DNA from: Lama glama
Lineage: Eukaryota
DNA length: 64,000 nucleotides
Direction: 5' to 3'
Assembly: GCA_028534125.1 (NCBI GenBank)
Contig: CM052817.1
Span: forward strand, 93,746,001 to 93,810,000
In this document: piece after piece, positions 25,141-38,469 of the stretch
Numbering within the stretch: position 1 is the first letter of the stretch
Layout: the number at the start of each line of letters is the position of its first letter
Notes under the pieces: generated by a model
What the model was told of the DNA's origin: nothing
What the model saw: only the letters and a program-made list of their open reading frames with translations
Databases searched by the model: none
Made by a program: the position numbers and the translations under genes

Positions 25141-28049
25141 TTACTCCCATATTGGGCATGCCTTGAGCAAGTCAAGCAAACTGAGCCTCAGTGTCCTCAT
25201 CTGTAGAAATGTAGCATTTGGTAACCGGCAGCACATCATACTGTGAGACATGCGTCCAGGGAAGTTTCTATTTGATTTTTAATGTTCCTTTCTGTCTGCT
25301 TATTATTGAACCATCAGCCCCAAACACATACATCCTTCCTTATTCTATTTTTTTTTCCCTCCAGACACAGATAATACAGTAACTTTAGCTATCTAAAGGC
25401 ACACTGGTGACAGGGAAAGCCAAAAGGTGATGATTTCTTTTGAGACTTGTTACTTGTTTTCAGATTCTTCTTTCTGCTTTATTAGTTTAAAAAATGGCAA
25501 GTTACATAAGGATTTACAGCACAGATTCAGGAATATCTCAAGGTGTCTCAACATAGGTTGCTGTCACCTTATTCCCCTGCTTTGATCAGCCAGTAGTTAG
25601 ACAGCTTTCTCCCACCCAGCACTCCAGAGCAGTGAGATGCGCCCTCTTCAGTACCAGTGACACCACGACAGAGATTCTCGGCTGGGTAAGTGTGGGGGTT
25701 GGAAGGAGGAGCTATAAGATGAAGGCAGGTGGGTAGATTGAAAAAGACTCTCTGGTGATGCTGACAAGGCAAGGGTACGACTCACCGTGACTACTTTGTT
25801 AGGAATCATTATTTTAGAAAGATTTCCGTACAGTTTGCCTTCCAGGGATGTACAAGGTTATGTTTGTTTTCTCTGTCATTTTTTTTTTTCTGAGTCTACA
25901 GCTTTTTACAAACTGCTACTCCCAAACCTCTCCATTGTGTAAATTTTTGTGCATGCAACATATGACTTCTAATGTTGGGCGAGAAATGGGTTCATAGTGA
26001 AAAATGGCTCAGTAGCTAAATTCAGAGCATTTCTACTTGATCAACACCATGAGTATAAAAACGAACATAGCTTCTGGAGAGTAAGCTGAATTACCAACTT
26101 ATTATCTTGTATGTAAACAGGAAAGGTCACTTTGTCTAAGCTGAAGTAGAGTTAAAATGCCCCTGATTTTTTTGGTGACCCACTGTTATAGACCATTTCA
26201 ACTCAATCACTAACAGAATCACAGCTAAATGTCCCTGGCATCCTAAGTGAAAATTCAAAATTTTTCTTTCTGAGACAATTTTATAAATGCCAGTTACAAG
26301 AATTAAAATTATTAAAATTATAGCTTAGATTCATTATAATGGGTTGAATGGTGTTGTGTGGGCTCACCTAGGACCCCAAACATTGGTAACAATATTTCAA
26401 TTATAGAAGGTCCCAAAGACATTAATGAACAAACTTTTGGAATACAAACTTCACATAATTTGGGGTCCACATGAATCTGTAAGATTTAAAACTATCAATA
26501 GAATAGACCAAAGAAGCTTATTTAAAAAAAATGATGCATTAGTGATATATGTTTACTGTCCTATCAGAAAATTTTTCTTTCTATTCCTTCTACAAACCTA
26601 CGACTCCCAGACGTTATCATCTTACATCAATATGGTACACTGAGGTCAATATCGGTGTAGCATTCTTCCCCTCTTTTGCTACATTCCATGTTCTTGGAAT
26701 AAAACGTAGTCACTGAAACCATGAGAGGTTGGTCCCTATTCCATAATCTCATGTTTTAAGAGATCAGGAGGCTGTATTTGGCTGTTCAGGTAAAACTGGT
26801 ATATAATATTATATAAATTTCAGGTGCACATCATTATAATTTGATATTCGTATGTATTTGCAAAGTCATCGTCACCCTAAGTCAAGTTACCATTCATCAC
26901 CTTCCTTTTAAAGAGTAGACAAGTAGATTATAATAAGATAAAGATGGACAAAGGAGGCAAAGAAGGAAAGAAGGAAACAGAAAGAATGGAAAGAAAGTGA
27001 GAAGACTGTTATAAATCATGTGGCAATGTAGTGCCACAGTGGCAGAGGGCACAAAAGGCAGTGAGTCAGAAGAAGAGGGTGGACTTGGGGAGAGTTGAGC
27101 CAGAAACTAAGCCTGTGACAGGTCAGGGAAATGTCCAAGCACGCAGTGCCCTCTAGAGAAATGAGCTCATATTTATTAAATAAATCTCATTACTTTTGTA
27201 TTCACAGCAAAGAAAGAATAGGGCGACGTCTGGCCCCTCCATGACAGCTTACATAAGTTCAGGGTCATTTAGAGTGAATTATATCTTTTTACGTCTTATT
27301 CTTTAAAGTGAACATGATTTTCACAGTCAGTTCCATCAAGTTAAGCGTCTGAACCTTCACATATGATACGATTAAGCAGGGCTTCTTATCGCTGACCTTC
27401 AACAAATTCCAGAGGTGCGGCCATGAGAGCTTCACCTATGGCTGACTATCAGAGAAATTGAGAGAAAGGGGTGGACTCGAATAAGTTTTCAGGAGCAGGA
27501 TCAACAGGACTTAATCAAAATACAAAATGGTGAGGAAAGCAGGACAGAAAACCAAGTTATGGTTGATCTGATAGATGCTGGGGACACATCCATTTAGCAC
27601 TGAGGAATTAAGGCATTAATAAACTCTAGGAAAACAACTTTCCATTTAAACCAAAATTCGATTCTGTCTAGACTGAATCTGATCTTAATGTACTTCTCAT
27701 AAAGGTGTCAGAAGCTGTGTGATTGTTTCTTTCTCCGCTGCGAATCTGAAATTAATGAGAATAGAGAGAGTGTCTACAAGCTATTTATCTCAAGACCTTA
27801 GAGGTTTTAGAGAAATCAATCTCATAATACTCACTGAATCTGTGAGCTAAAAAGTGCTATAACAACACACAGGATTACCGCCATGGTTCTTTACATGCGC
27901 GTGAGATATGCTGAAAATGTGACAAATTTTCAACAGGACGGTGGTGAGGTGGAATGCTGGCGTAAGAATGGTTGTTAGGAAAGCAGGAGGAGGGGGAGGT
28001 TATTCACTTAGAGATCTATGCCATAAGGGTGACTAGGTCTCCCCCCTTC

Positions 28050-28420
28050 ACAGCGAGGGAAGTAACCCAGAAAAAGACAAATACTACATGATAGGACTTA
28101 GATACAGAATCTGAAACATAATACGAAGAATGTATACACAAAACAGAAACAGACTGACAGATAGAGAAAAGAAACTTGTGGTTATCAAAGGGGAGATCGA
28201 AGGGGAGAGGGACAAACTGAGGCTGTGGGATTAACAGATACAAACTACTGTATATATAATAAATCATCAATAAGGATATACTACACAGCACACGGAATTG
28301 TACCCCTTATCTTATAATAACCTATAATGGAGTATAATCTGCAAAAATACAGAATCACTATGCTGTACACCTGAAACAAACATAATATTGTAAATCAACT
28401 ATACTTCAATAAAATATATA
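28050..28420 (+). mobile_element. Artiodactyl/camelid L1 3' end (5'-truncated)
   Basis: 'aaaacagaaacagactgacagatagagaaaagaaacttgtggttatcaaaggg...aatattgtaaatcaactatacttcaataaaa'. Confidence 0.88.
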
Positions 28421-28659
28421 TATAAAGTATATACATGTAAGGTGTGTGCCACTGGCATGACAATATTAGACATAACAGGCTCTGACAGTAAAACAAAAGT
28501 TAACTTCATGAAAGTGCTTACTATGAAAAAATAAGCTTTATCAATAAGGATTTAACTACTGTCCTTTAAAGAATTACTACAGAAAGGCCATGGCTTTACT
28601 TGCTAGCCAGTGGTTCAGCTGGATTGACTTACTTCCTTTTTTGTCTTGCTAACCTTTTT

Positions 28660-28805
28660 CATTATCTTTTTTTAAATTTGTTTTGTTTTGGTTGGGGGGA
28701 GGTAATTAGGTTTATTTATCTATTCTTTGAGGAGGTACTGGAGATTGAACCCAGGACCTCATGCAAGCTAACCATGTGCTCTACCACTTGAGCTATGCCC
28801 TCCCC
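28660..28805 (-). mobile_element. Camelid tRNA-derived SINE (Vic-1 type, long form)
   Basis: Reverse strand reads GGGGAGGGCATAGCTCAAGTGG (A box) ... GGTTCAATC (B box), then an A-rich tail. TSD ttgctaaccttttt at 28646-28659 and 28809-28822. Confidence 0.9.
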
Positions 28806-29364
28806 GCTTTGCTAACCTTTTTTAAAGCAACCTTATTTTAAATTAAGTTGGGTATCTTCCATATTAGAAAGATTTATTTTAGATGGAAGACTAAAGCATT
28901 ATGCAGAGACGATTTTTATTGACCTAGCCTCCTTTTCCCCTCTTCTCAGTTCTGAGTTCCCAGTTTTATTTTTATGCATCCCCTGTGGAAGATTTTTTTT
29001 TTAAACACTGCATTTTGCTACACTGAGATTATGATAAACAGAAATTTAGAATCCTTTGTGTACTCTGTAAAACATTAAAATGATAGAAAATAGGCATTCA
29101 AAAGAACAGGGAGTGTAATAAAACTTCATGTAGCACAGCACCTGCTCTCTCCCAAGCCTCCCCACACCTTCCTTGCCAATTACTGAAGTGGGCTCAGCAC
29201 CTTAAGTGCTAGGCCTGGGTGGCAAGTAGTCAGTGTAGAACAGAGGGAGAGGAACGGCAGAGTGGTCGAGAGCAAGCAAGTAAAGGTGCATTATTGGACA
29301 ATAAAGAATAAGAGATAAATTGCTTTATAAGAAGAGATTTTTAAGACTTTTAAGGTAAGAGAAA

Positions 29365-31430
29365 CCCCTGTGGCTTTTGGTTTCTGCATATAAAGAGCTT
29401 AGAAGTCATGATTTCCATGCTTACAGAAAGAAAAAAGCTGGAAAAACTAAAAATCAAGGACTATTAGACCAATGCAAGAACTGAGGTTTAAGGGCCAACC
29501 ACTGCCCCCAAAATCTACAGAGATGAGCAAGCACAGAGAACCACAGCCAAGAACAGCTTACCTGGAGCAAGCACTGCCGAGCCACAGACTGCTGGGAACA
29601 CCTACGTGCATGTCACTAAGTGGAAGAAGCCAGCCTGAAAAGGCTACATGCTGTATGATTCCAATTATGTGATATTCTGGAAATGGCAAAATACGAAGAT
29701 ATTTTTTAAAAAATTAGTGGTTGCCAGGAATTCAGAAGGGGACAAGGAGGGATGAATAGGTGAAGCACATAGGATTTTTAGGGTGATTAAACAATTCTGC
29801 ATGACACTACGATGTTGGACTTATGACATCATGCATTTTTGAAAATCCATACGGAACAAAGAGTAAACCTTAATTTATGCCGATTCTATAAGTCAGTCAT
29901 TTTGGAAATCAGAGGATCCAAAGAAGTAATATAGACTGTGACAAGAGAATATAGATGCATTACAAATGTATGAAGCAAATTCCCTGATTGTGGTAGAGGG
30001 AGATGTTGACCTAAGGGGCTTTGGAAATGACTGAAGTCTGTAAGTCTGAAGGCAAAAGGAAGTGCATAGAAACACCGTACTCTAGTTGATAAAGTTATTC
30101 TTATGGGGGGTAACAAGTTAACAGTTCTGACACAGCTATACATATACACTGGAACTGTATATGTGGTGGGAGCCAGGGTTCTCACTGTTCAAGTGGGAAT
30201 TTACAGATAAGCAAGAGAAGAAGGCTAGAATGATGCATACAACAGTGGATTAGAGCTGGAGGCATCAGAAAGAACTCATGTTTAGCTTAATAAAGATAAA
30301 GATGGTTACACAGAGAAATATGTGTGTGTGTGTCTACAGGAGAACACACACATATTTCCTTGGAACGTCAACAGAGAGGGCCTAAATGAAACAAACATAC
30401 CTAGTACCCACACATATCTTGGTCGCTACCATTCTTCAATGAAAAGAATCCAGGCTCTTCGGTTAATTCTAGGACTGGGGCAAGAAATATACAAGATCAG
30501 CCTGAATCATTTTCTAGTCCCGGAAAGTAAGAAAGTGCTTTCAAAAACAAGGCCTCAAACCCCAGACTGATGGGGACACTATACCAAAAGGGCACGTGAA
30601 CCAACTGAAAGAGCTCCATTTGGCCAAAGCTGGAACAACTTAGTAAATAAAGTTGTGTAAGAGTATAATCCAAAGTAGAAAATAACTATCCGTGAGTGCA
30701 TACAGATGTAAATGAATGATTGAATAAATTAATACATCGGGGATAAGAAACAGATTCCAAACAATTTAAATAGTGGAGCATGACTCTCCACTCCCTACGT
30801 GAGGACTGAGCACAGCCATTTGTTCCCAAGGAATAGGATGAAAATGGGAAAAGGAAAAAAAGTAACTTTAAAGACACCTACTTCAGCCAGGTGATTAAGG
30901 TCAGCGTCAGCAGTGGTGAATCATGGTGACCGTATACACCCTCAACAGGATATGACAAAAATGTCCAAAAAATGTCCGTTTTCCTCTGTTATCTGCTTTC
31001 TCCCCCAAAAAAGCATGACTCCTATCTAATCAAGAAAACATCAGACAAGTCTAAATTGAGAGACATTCTACAAAATACATGAAGTACTTCTCAAAACTGT
31101 CAAAGTCATCAAAAACAAGTAAAGGGAGAAATTGTCATGGTCAAGAGGTCCCCAAGGAAATACGACAACTAAATAAATGTAATGTGGCATCTTGGATGCG
31201 ACCTTGGAAAATAAAAGACATGAGGTAAAAACTAAGAAAATGTGAGTAAAGTAGGAGCTTCAGTTAAAAATAACGTATCAATATTGGTTCATTAAATACA
31301 TCACACATACCACACTGCCCTAAGATGTTAATAACAGGGTAAGTTGTACGTAGGAGTGCATAGGAGCTCTCTGTACTAACTTCTCAATTTTGATGCAACC
31401 TAGAACAGCTCTAAAAATAAAATCTATTCA
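29365..31430 (+). mobile_element. L1MC/MD-type element: short 5'-UTR segment joined directly to the 3' end
   Basis: 29365-29600 resembles an old L1M 5' end ('gagcttagaagtcatg...aaaaaagctggaaaaactaaaaatcaa'). From ~29600 it is the ORF2 terminus and 3' UTR ('ctaagtggaagaagccagcctgaaaaggctacatgctgtatgattcca'), ending 'ctaaaaataaaatctatt'. Confidence 0.8.
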
Positions 31431-33181
31431 AATACATGTCAGGTTCAGGATGACTAGAAATCTTATATCCTGGGTTCCATTCCTATCCATGTTATCAGCT
31501 TATTTTATGACACTGAGCAATCAGTTGTGCCTCGGTTCATGCAACAGTAGTTGGGGATTACAACAGTCAATGACAAATCCATCTCCAAATTCTAATTTGA
31601 GTAAAATACTATTTTGTTGCTTAAAGTATAAAAAAAATCCTACAGGACACAGTGTCTGGTCTCAAAAAAAAAAAAAACCTACTGTCAAGATGAGGCACAG
31701 TGGGAGAGACATACATATAAAAAGGCAAATGGTAATATAAGAGAAAACACAGTAAAAACCCATGTAAATATAAAAGCTACATTAGTTCAGAAAGATTACT
31801 GTAGATCTGAGCAACAGAAAATGTGCCAGAGAGAAAGCAGTACAAGACGCAAGGGAGAGAGGGCAGAGATGTGACCAGCAGGGAATAGAGAAACACGGAT
31901 GGAGTGGAGAAAGCCCTAAAATTCAGATGGGAGCAATTGGAGCCCTTGTGATTATAGAAAGTCTTAAGTCAGCTTAAGAAATACGGACCTTATCCCCTCG
32001 TACAGTGTCCCCAAGAACGCTGACCCATGGGGAAGAAGGCATAACCATTATGATACACCAGCCAATAAACACTTGGTAAATTCAAAGCAAATATTAATAA
32101 CTTTAATAAAGTATCTCTATTCCACAAAGCTCAAGATATTTTTCAAAAATAATTTCACTTAACTTTTCACAATTCTTGAAAGCAGTAAAAGAAGGACCTC
32201 AAAAGTGCCAATATAAGAGAACAGAAAATAGGCTTTCCAAGATAGACCCGAGGGATTTTCTCTTGGCTCTGCTACGTCTTTTAATAGGTAACCCTTGAAT
32301 ATTCTTTAAAAGGTTAGCGAAAATGAAAAATTTCTAATAGATGCGTTTTCAAAGCCAGTGGTCCTGTATGGGGAAAAGAAACACAAACTGGGACAGAAAA
32401 CTGATGTAATTCATTTGACTGAACAGTAAGCTACTTTATATTTTAACATGTATACAAATATCTATTTCTATATGGTGAAGGATGGAAGATTGTTTTCAAC
32501 CGAAATCCCTTTTTCTCTCTTATTACAAATAAACCAGGTTCAGGGGCTGCCTTATTTCCCTTTCTCCTTTACAAGCGTGAAAGGGAGAAGGACCATGTCC
32601 AGGGGGGCACACTAGTTCACGGCGAACACCACACCTCACCCCAACGCCAACACTGACGCCATCGCAGTCTTTCAGAAGCCTGCCTGCATTTCAGAATGCT
32701 CTACGTGAAAGAAGACGACTAATACCTGACATTTGCATCACAGTCGCCCAGTGTTCTCACCCACATTACCATCTTTGACTTCGGACTTCACAGCCAGGAT
32801 TTTATCGAAACGAAGGAAAACAGACTTGGAATGGGGATGTGATCTGCCCAGGATCAGAGGCCTAAAAAATGGCATGACTTACTAGTTCTATCACCAAAGC
32901 TTCATATCACAGCATCGAAGACTTCATCTCAGAAACGTACTACCGTATGGAGCAGGACTTTTAAATACAGCTACTCTGTAAGGGCTTTTGTTTCATTTCA
33001 TTTGATTTCAGCAATTCAGCAAATACTCTTTTCTATGGGCCATTCACCAGGGGAAGGTAATGGTTTCATACTAGAAGGTCAGAGATTATTAACAGCAGCC
33101 ATTAAAATGGAATTCTGCCTACAGCATTACACCCTGCCCATTCAGACTCCAGGATGTTTTACTGCGGGTGTGTGTAGAGAG

Positions 33182-33200
33182 TGGCCAGCAGGGGGCGCAC
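33182..33200 (+). promoter_or_regulatory. CTCF binding motif
   Basis: TGGCCAGCAGGGGGCGCAC matches the core consensus CCASYAGRKGGCRS at every position. Its CpG is retained in CpG-poor surroundings. Confidence 0.8.
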
Positions 33201-34590
33201 TGGCCGGGGGGTTAGTTAGAATGAGGATGCCAGTGATGTGGAGGCTGCGGATGAGACCTCCCGCAGGAGTACCTTCCAGCAGTGCTTGCTTCCTCATTTC
33301 TCCTTGACAACTAAGCTCTACTTCAGTGATTGGCTCAATGTCTCCCCCACATCTTCCTACAGAAGAACTCCCCAGTACTTTGGCTCACTGTACTGCATCC
33401 CTAGAGGTAAAGAATGGCCTTCTTTTTGCCTTCCTTCTCAGCTATAATCGTTTTCAGAGCCACAGTCCCTACCAATGCAGTTTGGACCCCGAGACTTAGG
33501 CTCTGCAACTTACCCACCTATTGACTGTTCCCTAAACCAAACCAGCCACCATCAGCCTGTTCTCCCAAACACCGATTCCACGCCCAGATCTTCTCATACT
33601 GCCTCACGCTGCCTTCCAGCTGTTCATCAGCCCACCTCCAACAACCCACGCACCCAAGTGTGGTTGACAGAAACTCTAAAATAAACTTCAAGTAGCACTG
33701 ACCAAGAGAGAATCCTTTCAAGTTAATTTCATTTTTTTAAGTTCTAAAGTAAATAATCCTACAATGTCTCATATTTAATCCCACTGATTATATTTGTGTA
33801 AATGTGATATGTTTTAGAGATAGATTTTGTAAATTTTTTAAAGAAGTTTCCCTCCAATTGTCAAAACAACACATACCAATTAGAGTACTTGGTTGGCAGG
33901 GGACAGAAAAATACTAATAGTCACTCATTACTCACTTAAGATTTTACCATAAACATTTTCACCTGACATTAAAAATTCCTTGAAAATGTTTTTAAATGCT
34001 GCATGATTTTCCATCATATAAAAGTATGATTATTGATTTAATCATCCCCCAAGGGCTTTTCCTTTTAGTATAAGGAAACCGCTTTTAGGTAAACAGAGAC
34101 AGTGCTTAAGAAATGAAAAGCATTGCCATGGGCTCAGAGAAGGTAACAGATTCTTTGACCATATTCTCACTGACATTAGAGTGGCAGACATCCTGAGATG
34201 TCACAGATGCAAAAGTCACTCCACATCTAAGCAGACAAGCCTTTCCAAGTCACAGAGCACAAGAGAACAAGGGTACCCTCCATACCACTGGTAAAGCGTT
34301 GATGTGACAACACCACCAAATCAACTCAAACACTGCTCTGACTTTGGAAATGAAGTGCCCAAGACGTTTTTAGAAACACAAGATTAAAATCTGCTAAAGG
34401 TAATCTCAGAATGAATTGGGCCACGCAAGCTTTCTCTACAACCAATTTTCACTCCCATGTCCTCATGACCAGATGGATATGTGTGACCACAGCCAGGAGC
34501 TAGAAGGTCCAGGTTCTTTTCTGGCAAAATACAATCTTCTAACTTTTTGAGTGTCCCAAAATGTCACATGAAATAAAGAATGCATGACAA

Positions 34591-34707
34591 GGGGGAAGGG
34601 TATAGCTCAGTGGTGGAGCACATGCTTAGCATGCACAAGGTTCTAGGTTCAATCCTCAGTACCCCCATTAAATACATAAATAAACAAACAAACCAAAAAA
34701 AAAAAAA
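34591..34707 (+). mobile_element. Camelid tRNA-derived SINE (Vic-1 type, short form)
   Basis: GGGGGAAGGGTATAGCTCAGTGG (A box), GGTTCAATCC (B box), A-rich tail. Partial TSD aagaatgcatgacaa / aagagtgacaa. Confidence 0.9.
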
Positions 34708-35279
34708 GAGTGACAAAAATGCTACAGAACCTGAAATGGGCCAATACTACATACATTCATTTGTTTAAACCCAACGATTAAAAAACATGAAACACCCACA
34801 GAGAGTGTTTTGTTTCCAGTAACTTCCCATGCATGAAAAACAGAGCTCCCCCAAAGAAAGTAAGCTACCCTTTGCAACACAGAAGAATTAATCAAGAACA
34901 AATCTGCCCAAATGTCTACCAGCTCTTGCATTACTGGGAAGACAAGGCTTGACTTCACATTCTTGTATCCTCAGCACCAGTCCACTGTCTGGATCAGCGT
35001 GTAGCCACAACAGAAATTCAGTTAATGTGAAACTGAACAAGGAAGCAGAACTGTGAGCAGGGCACTACTTCAATGTAACCACCAATGGACAAAAAGCATT
35101 AAGGACAAACAAAGTAGAGGACGGATTTGTCGCAGCAGCTAAGGGTCAGACCCTGCAAGGAAGAAAACGTATCTCTAAGGATTTCCTCAGAGGCCTCAAA
35201 GCCCTAGCACGACAGTAATCCTGAACACTCCAATCAACTGTGCATAGAAAACCGTGATTCTAAACGCCAAACTGAAAAG

Positions 35280-37740
35280 GCAAAATAAATAAATAAGGTG
35301 CAGTGCTAAGCCCAGTGTATCTGTTACCAAGATTAACAAAACATTTCAGCAAGGTTGCTGAAAACAAAATCAATGTACAAAAATCGATTGCATTTCTAAA
35401 CACTATCAACAAGGAGCTATAAAATGTAATAAAGATAACATTTAAAAAACACAAAGTAGTTAGGAATAAATTTAAGAAAATATATACAATACCTACATGG
35501 AAAAAGCAAAGCTTTATTCAAAAAATGAAAGAAAACTAAATGGAAAAGAAATTAAAGACTATATGGAAAATTCATATGACGGTATCAATAGGTACAAAAA
35601 AAGTATTTCTTAAGTTCAACAATATAGGATAAAAAGCAAAGAAATAAAAATAATAAAACATTTCTTAAATTTGATAATAAGCTTAATGGCCAAACACTAC
35701 AGGAAATATCCTACTTTGCAGAGAAGTTTTTGACATGGTCTTTAAATTCAGAAATAAGATTAAGATAACTGTTACCACTGTTATTTTATATAAAAATGAG
35801 GTGTAAGGATTGGAAAGGAAGAAGCAAAACTACCCTATGTGTAAGGAAGATGATCATCTACATGGCAAATCACAAGAATCAGCACGAAAACTCTCAATAT
35901 AGTTTAGCAAGGTTTCCAAATACAGACGAACTTACAAAATCCAGAAATGTTTCTAAACCACTAGTAATCAGCTAGAAAATTTCATTTTAAAAAAAATATT
36001 CGTTACAGTGAACAAAAAAAAGTACTAAGAAATTAACTTGGCAAAAGTTATACAAAAGCTTCAGAGAGTAAAACTTTAAAATTTTCATATGCGGACCAAA
36101 AAGAAAAGTTTCCCGCCGTTTCAAGTTAACAAAAAATGTTGCCTGCCATTCCCATAAACAATGAATATTGCCCACCCTTGAGCCTTCAAGCCATCAGCCA
36201 CTGCAGCTGCCCCAAATGTACACCCTGAGGGGAATTCAGGATGGAGAAAGACACAGTATTGGCCCTAGATAATTAATACACATATCAAAGGAATAATTTC
36301 AATGACCCAGACTCATGCATCGTCCTATACACGGAAAAGCACTAAAATCATTAACTTGAGATTTCAGAGGGGTTTTTTTGTGATTAGCAGTAATCTTTTG
36401 ATGTTCGGCTTTTTTTTTTTTTTTCCCCAGCAAAAACTTGTATATAGCCTGGCTCCTCCCTTACCCCTTTAGAATAGTCCCCAGAGCTATCTGAGAGGCT
36501 ACCACCCTGGATTGTAGTCCTCAAAAACGCCACCGAATAACTCTCAGCTTTAAGTTGTGCATTTTCTTCAGTCAACACCTAAAAGAGAAAACTTTAAACT
36601 TCCCTAAAACTGAAAATCAGCAGAAAGAGAATGAATCTTTTCATACAAATGGCTGAAACAAAATGGGCAAAAAAATAATGTAACATTAAATCTGTACTGG
36701 TATTATACACAAAAAATTCTGTGTATTTAAGAACTAAATATGAAAGAGCAAACAATACAATTTTAAGAAGGTAAGATAGAATATCTTTAGTACCCTTGGG
36801 CAGGGGATGATTTCTTAAATTAAACATATAAAGCCCAAATCATAAAGGAAAATATTGATATGCTAGATTACTTTAAAATTAAGAACTTCTGTTCATTGAA
36901 AGATACTATAAAAAGAAAGTGAGAATTCAAGTCACACACTGGGAGATAAAATTTATAATATTAAATGTTAGCATGAAAATACACAAAGCACATATGCAAA
37001 TCAATCAGAAATGACAAACAATCTAATAAGAAAAATGGCAGCACTTAGCAAAAGTGGCCAAAAAACCCATAAAAATTTAGAGAATGTAATTTGGAAAACA
37101 ATTTGGCATTAGATACTAGGGTGTAAGTATGTACATACACTGTAAGCTAAGAATTCAACTCTTGGTTTTATATATATATGTACACCTTAAGTATAGATAG
37201 ATAGAAATGTATATACACACACATGTATCTTAAAGAACATTTCACAAGAATATTCATTTAGCATTCTTTGTAACGGCAAAATATAATCCAAGAGTAAAAT
37301 GAATTAAATAAGTGACTTGTGGTGTATTCATTCTGTGGAACACTATGTAGCACTGAAAATGAATAAACTATAATTGCGTGCAACACCATGGGTGAAGGTC
37401 AAGATATAACGTTCAGTGAGAAAGCAAGTTACATGAGTTCATTTACATAACTCCAAATGCATGAAAAACCGAACCAGATAGGTTTAGGGATAGAAACACA
37501 TGTGATAAAACTATGATGAAAAAACAGAGGAATTACACCACAAAGTCCAGGGTGAGACGTGCTTACTTCTTAGGAAGAGCAGATAGGGATGACAATGGAA
37601 CAAGCACCCAGGAGCCTCAAAGACAACGGTTCTCTTAACTGGAGTGGTATGTATGCAAGACTGCTGTATTTTCATTCTCTATAACATTATGCATACTTTA
37701 TAGGGGGTTTTCTTGTGCAATAGGTAACAAAATGAAATGT
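35280..37740 (+). mobile_element. Degenerate L1ME-type LINE-1 fragments (ORF2 and 3' end)
   Basis: 'tttcagcaaggttgctgaaaacaaaatcaatgtacaaaaatcgattgcatttcta', 'aaaattaagaacttctgttcattgaaaga', 'gcaacaccatgggtgaa'. Confidence 0.75.
36090..36577 (+). mobile_element. ERV solo LTR inserted into the L1ME
   Basis: Bounded by TG...CA, ending 'ttttcttcagtcaaca'. Near-identical 4-bp flanks (cata/ccta). Shares blocks with the LTR at 63088-63550 ('cagagctatctgagaggct'). Confidence 0.75.
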
Positions 37741-38469
37741 AAAAGAGAATGCTGTCTAAAGTTCCTCTTAAAGTCCTTGGACTGATAACCTGCCCTTTTT
37801 AAACCTATTTTCTCAGTTTGAAGAACAAGTTTTAACAATATCTACCTCACAGGGATGTGCAAAAATACAACAGATCTTAGAATAGCATCTGGTATATAGT
37901 AAGTGCTTAATAATTGCTAATTTTCATTATTATTATCATCAATATCATATTTACTAATACCAATGCAACTATCAATGTGGCCAAACCAATCTATGGCCTT
38001 TGCTTACCCAATGTTTTAATCGCTTCCACAACCAAAAAATAAATAAATTCTGTTGATAAATTATGCTTTTATTCAACTACTTTTTTTGTCTTATATATGC
38101 TGTTGTTCTTACTACAAATCTTCTTTCTAAAACTTCCATAATCGTTGCCTCTATTCAATATGTTTCATATGCTTTCACCTAAATTTAGGTCATTATTTTT
38201 AATTTAAGAACATTATCTAATATGAGGGAGACATACAATACCTCCACATTCATTCCATTTTTATATCCATTCCTCCCAAAGAAAGGCCCTTCATCTTTGA
38301 ATCTGACTTCAATATTCATGCACAATGGAAGTGAGCATCTCGAAGATGAGGGTCACATCTTATCATTGTTCCATCCCCAACACCTCGCTCTATGTGACAG
38401 GCACATTTATATGCGTTCAAAAAATGTTTGAAGCATGAAGGATGGATTTTTAAATGAATGAACTAAGGA

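Noticed and set aside
33510..33680. Minus-strand exon-like unit with a GTAAGT donor
   Set aside because: It has stops in all frames and the sequence looks L2-derived.
28730..34670. tRNA-like A and B boxes as tRNA genes
   Set aside because: They are SINE heads with A-rich tails and TSDs, and lack a complete cloverleaf.
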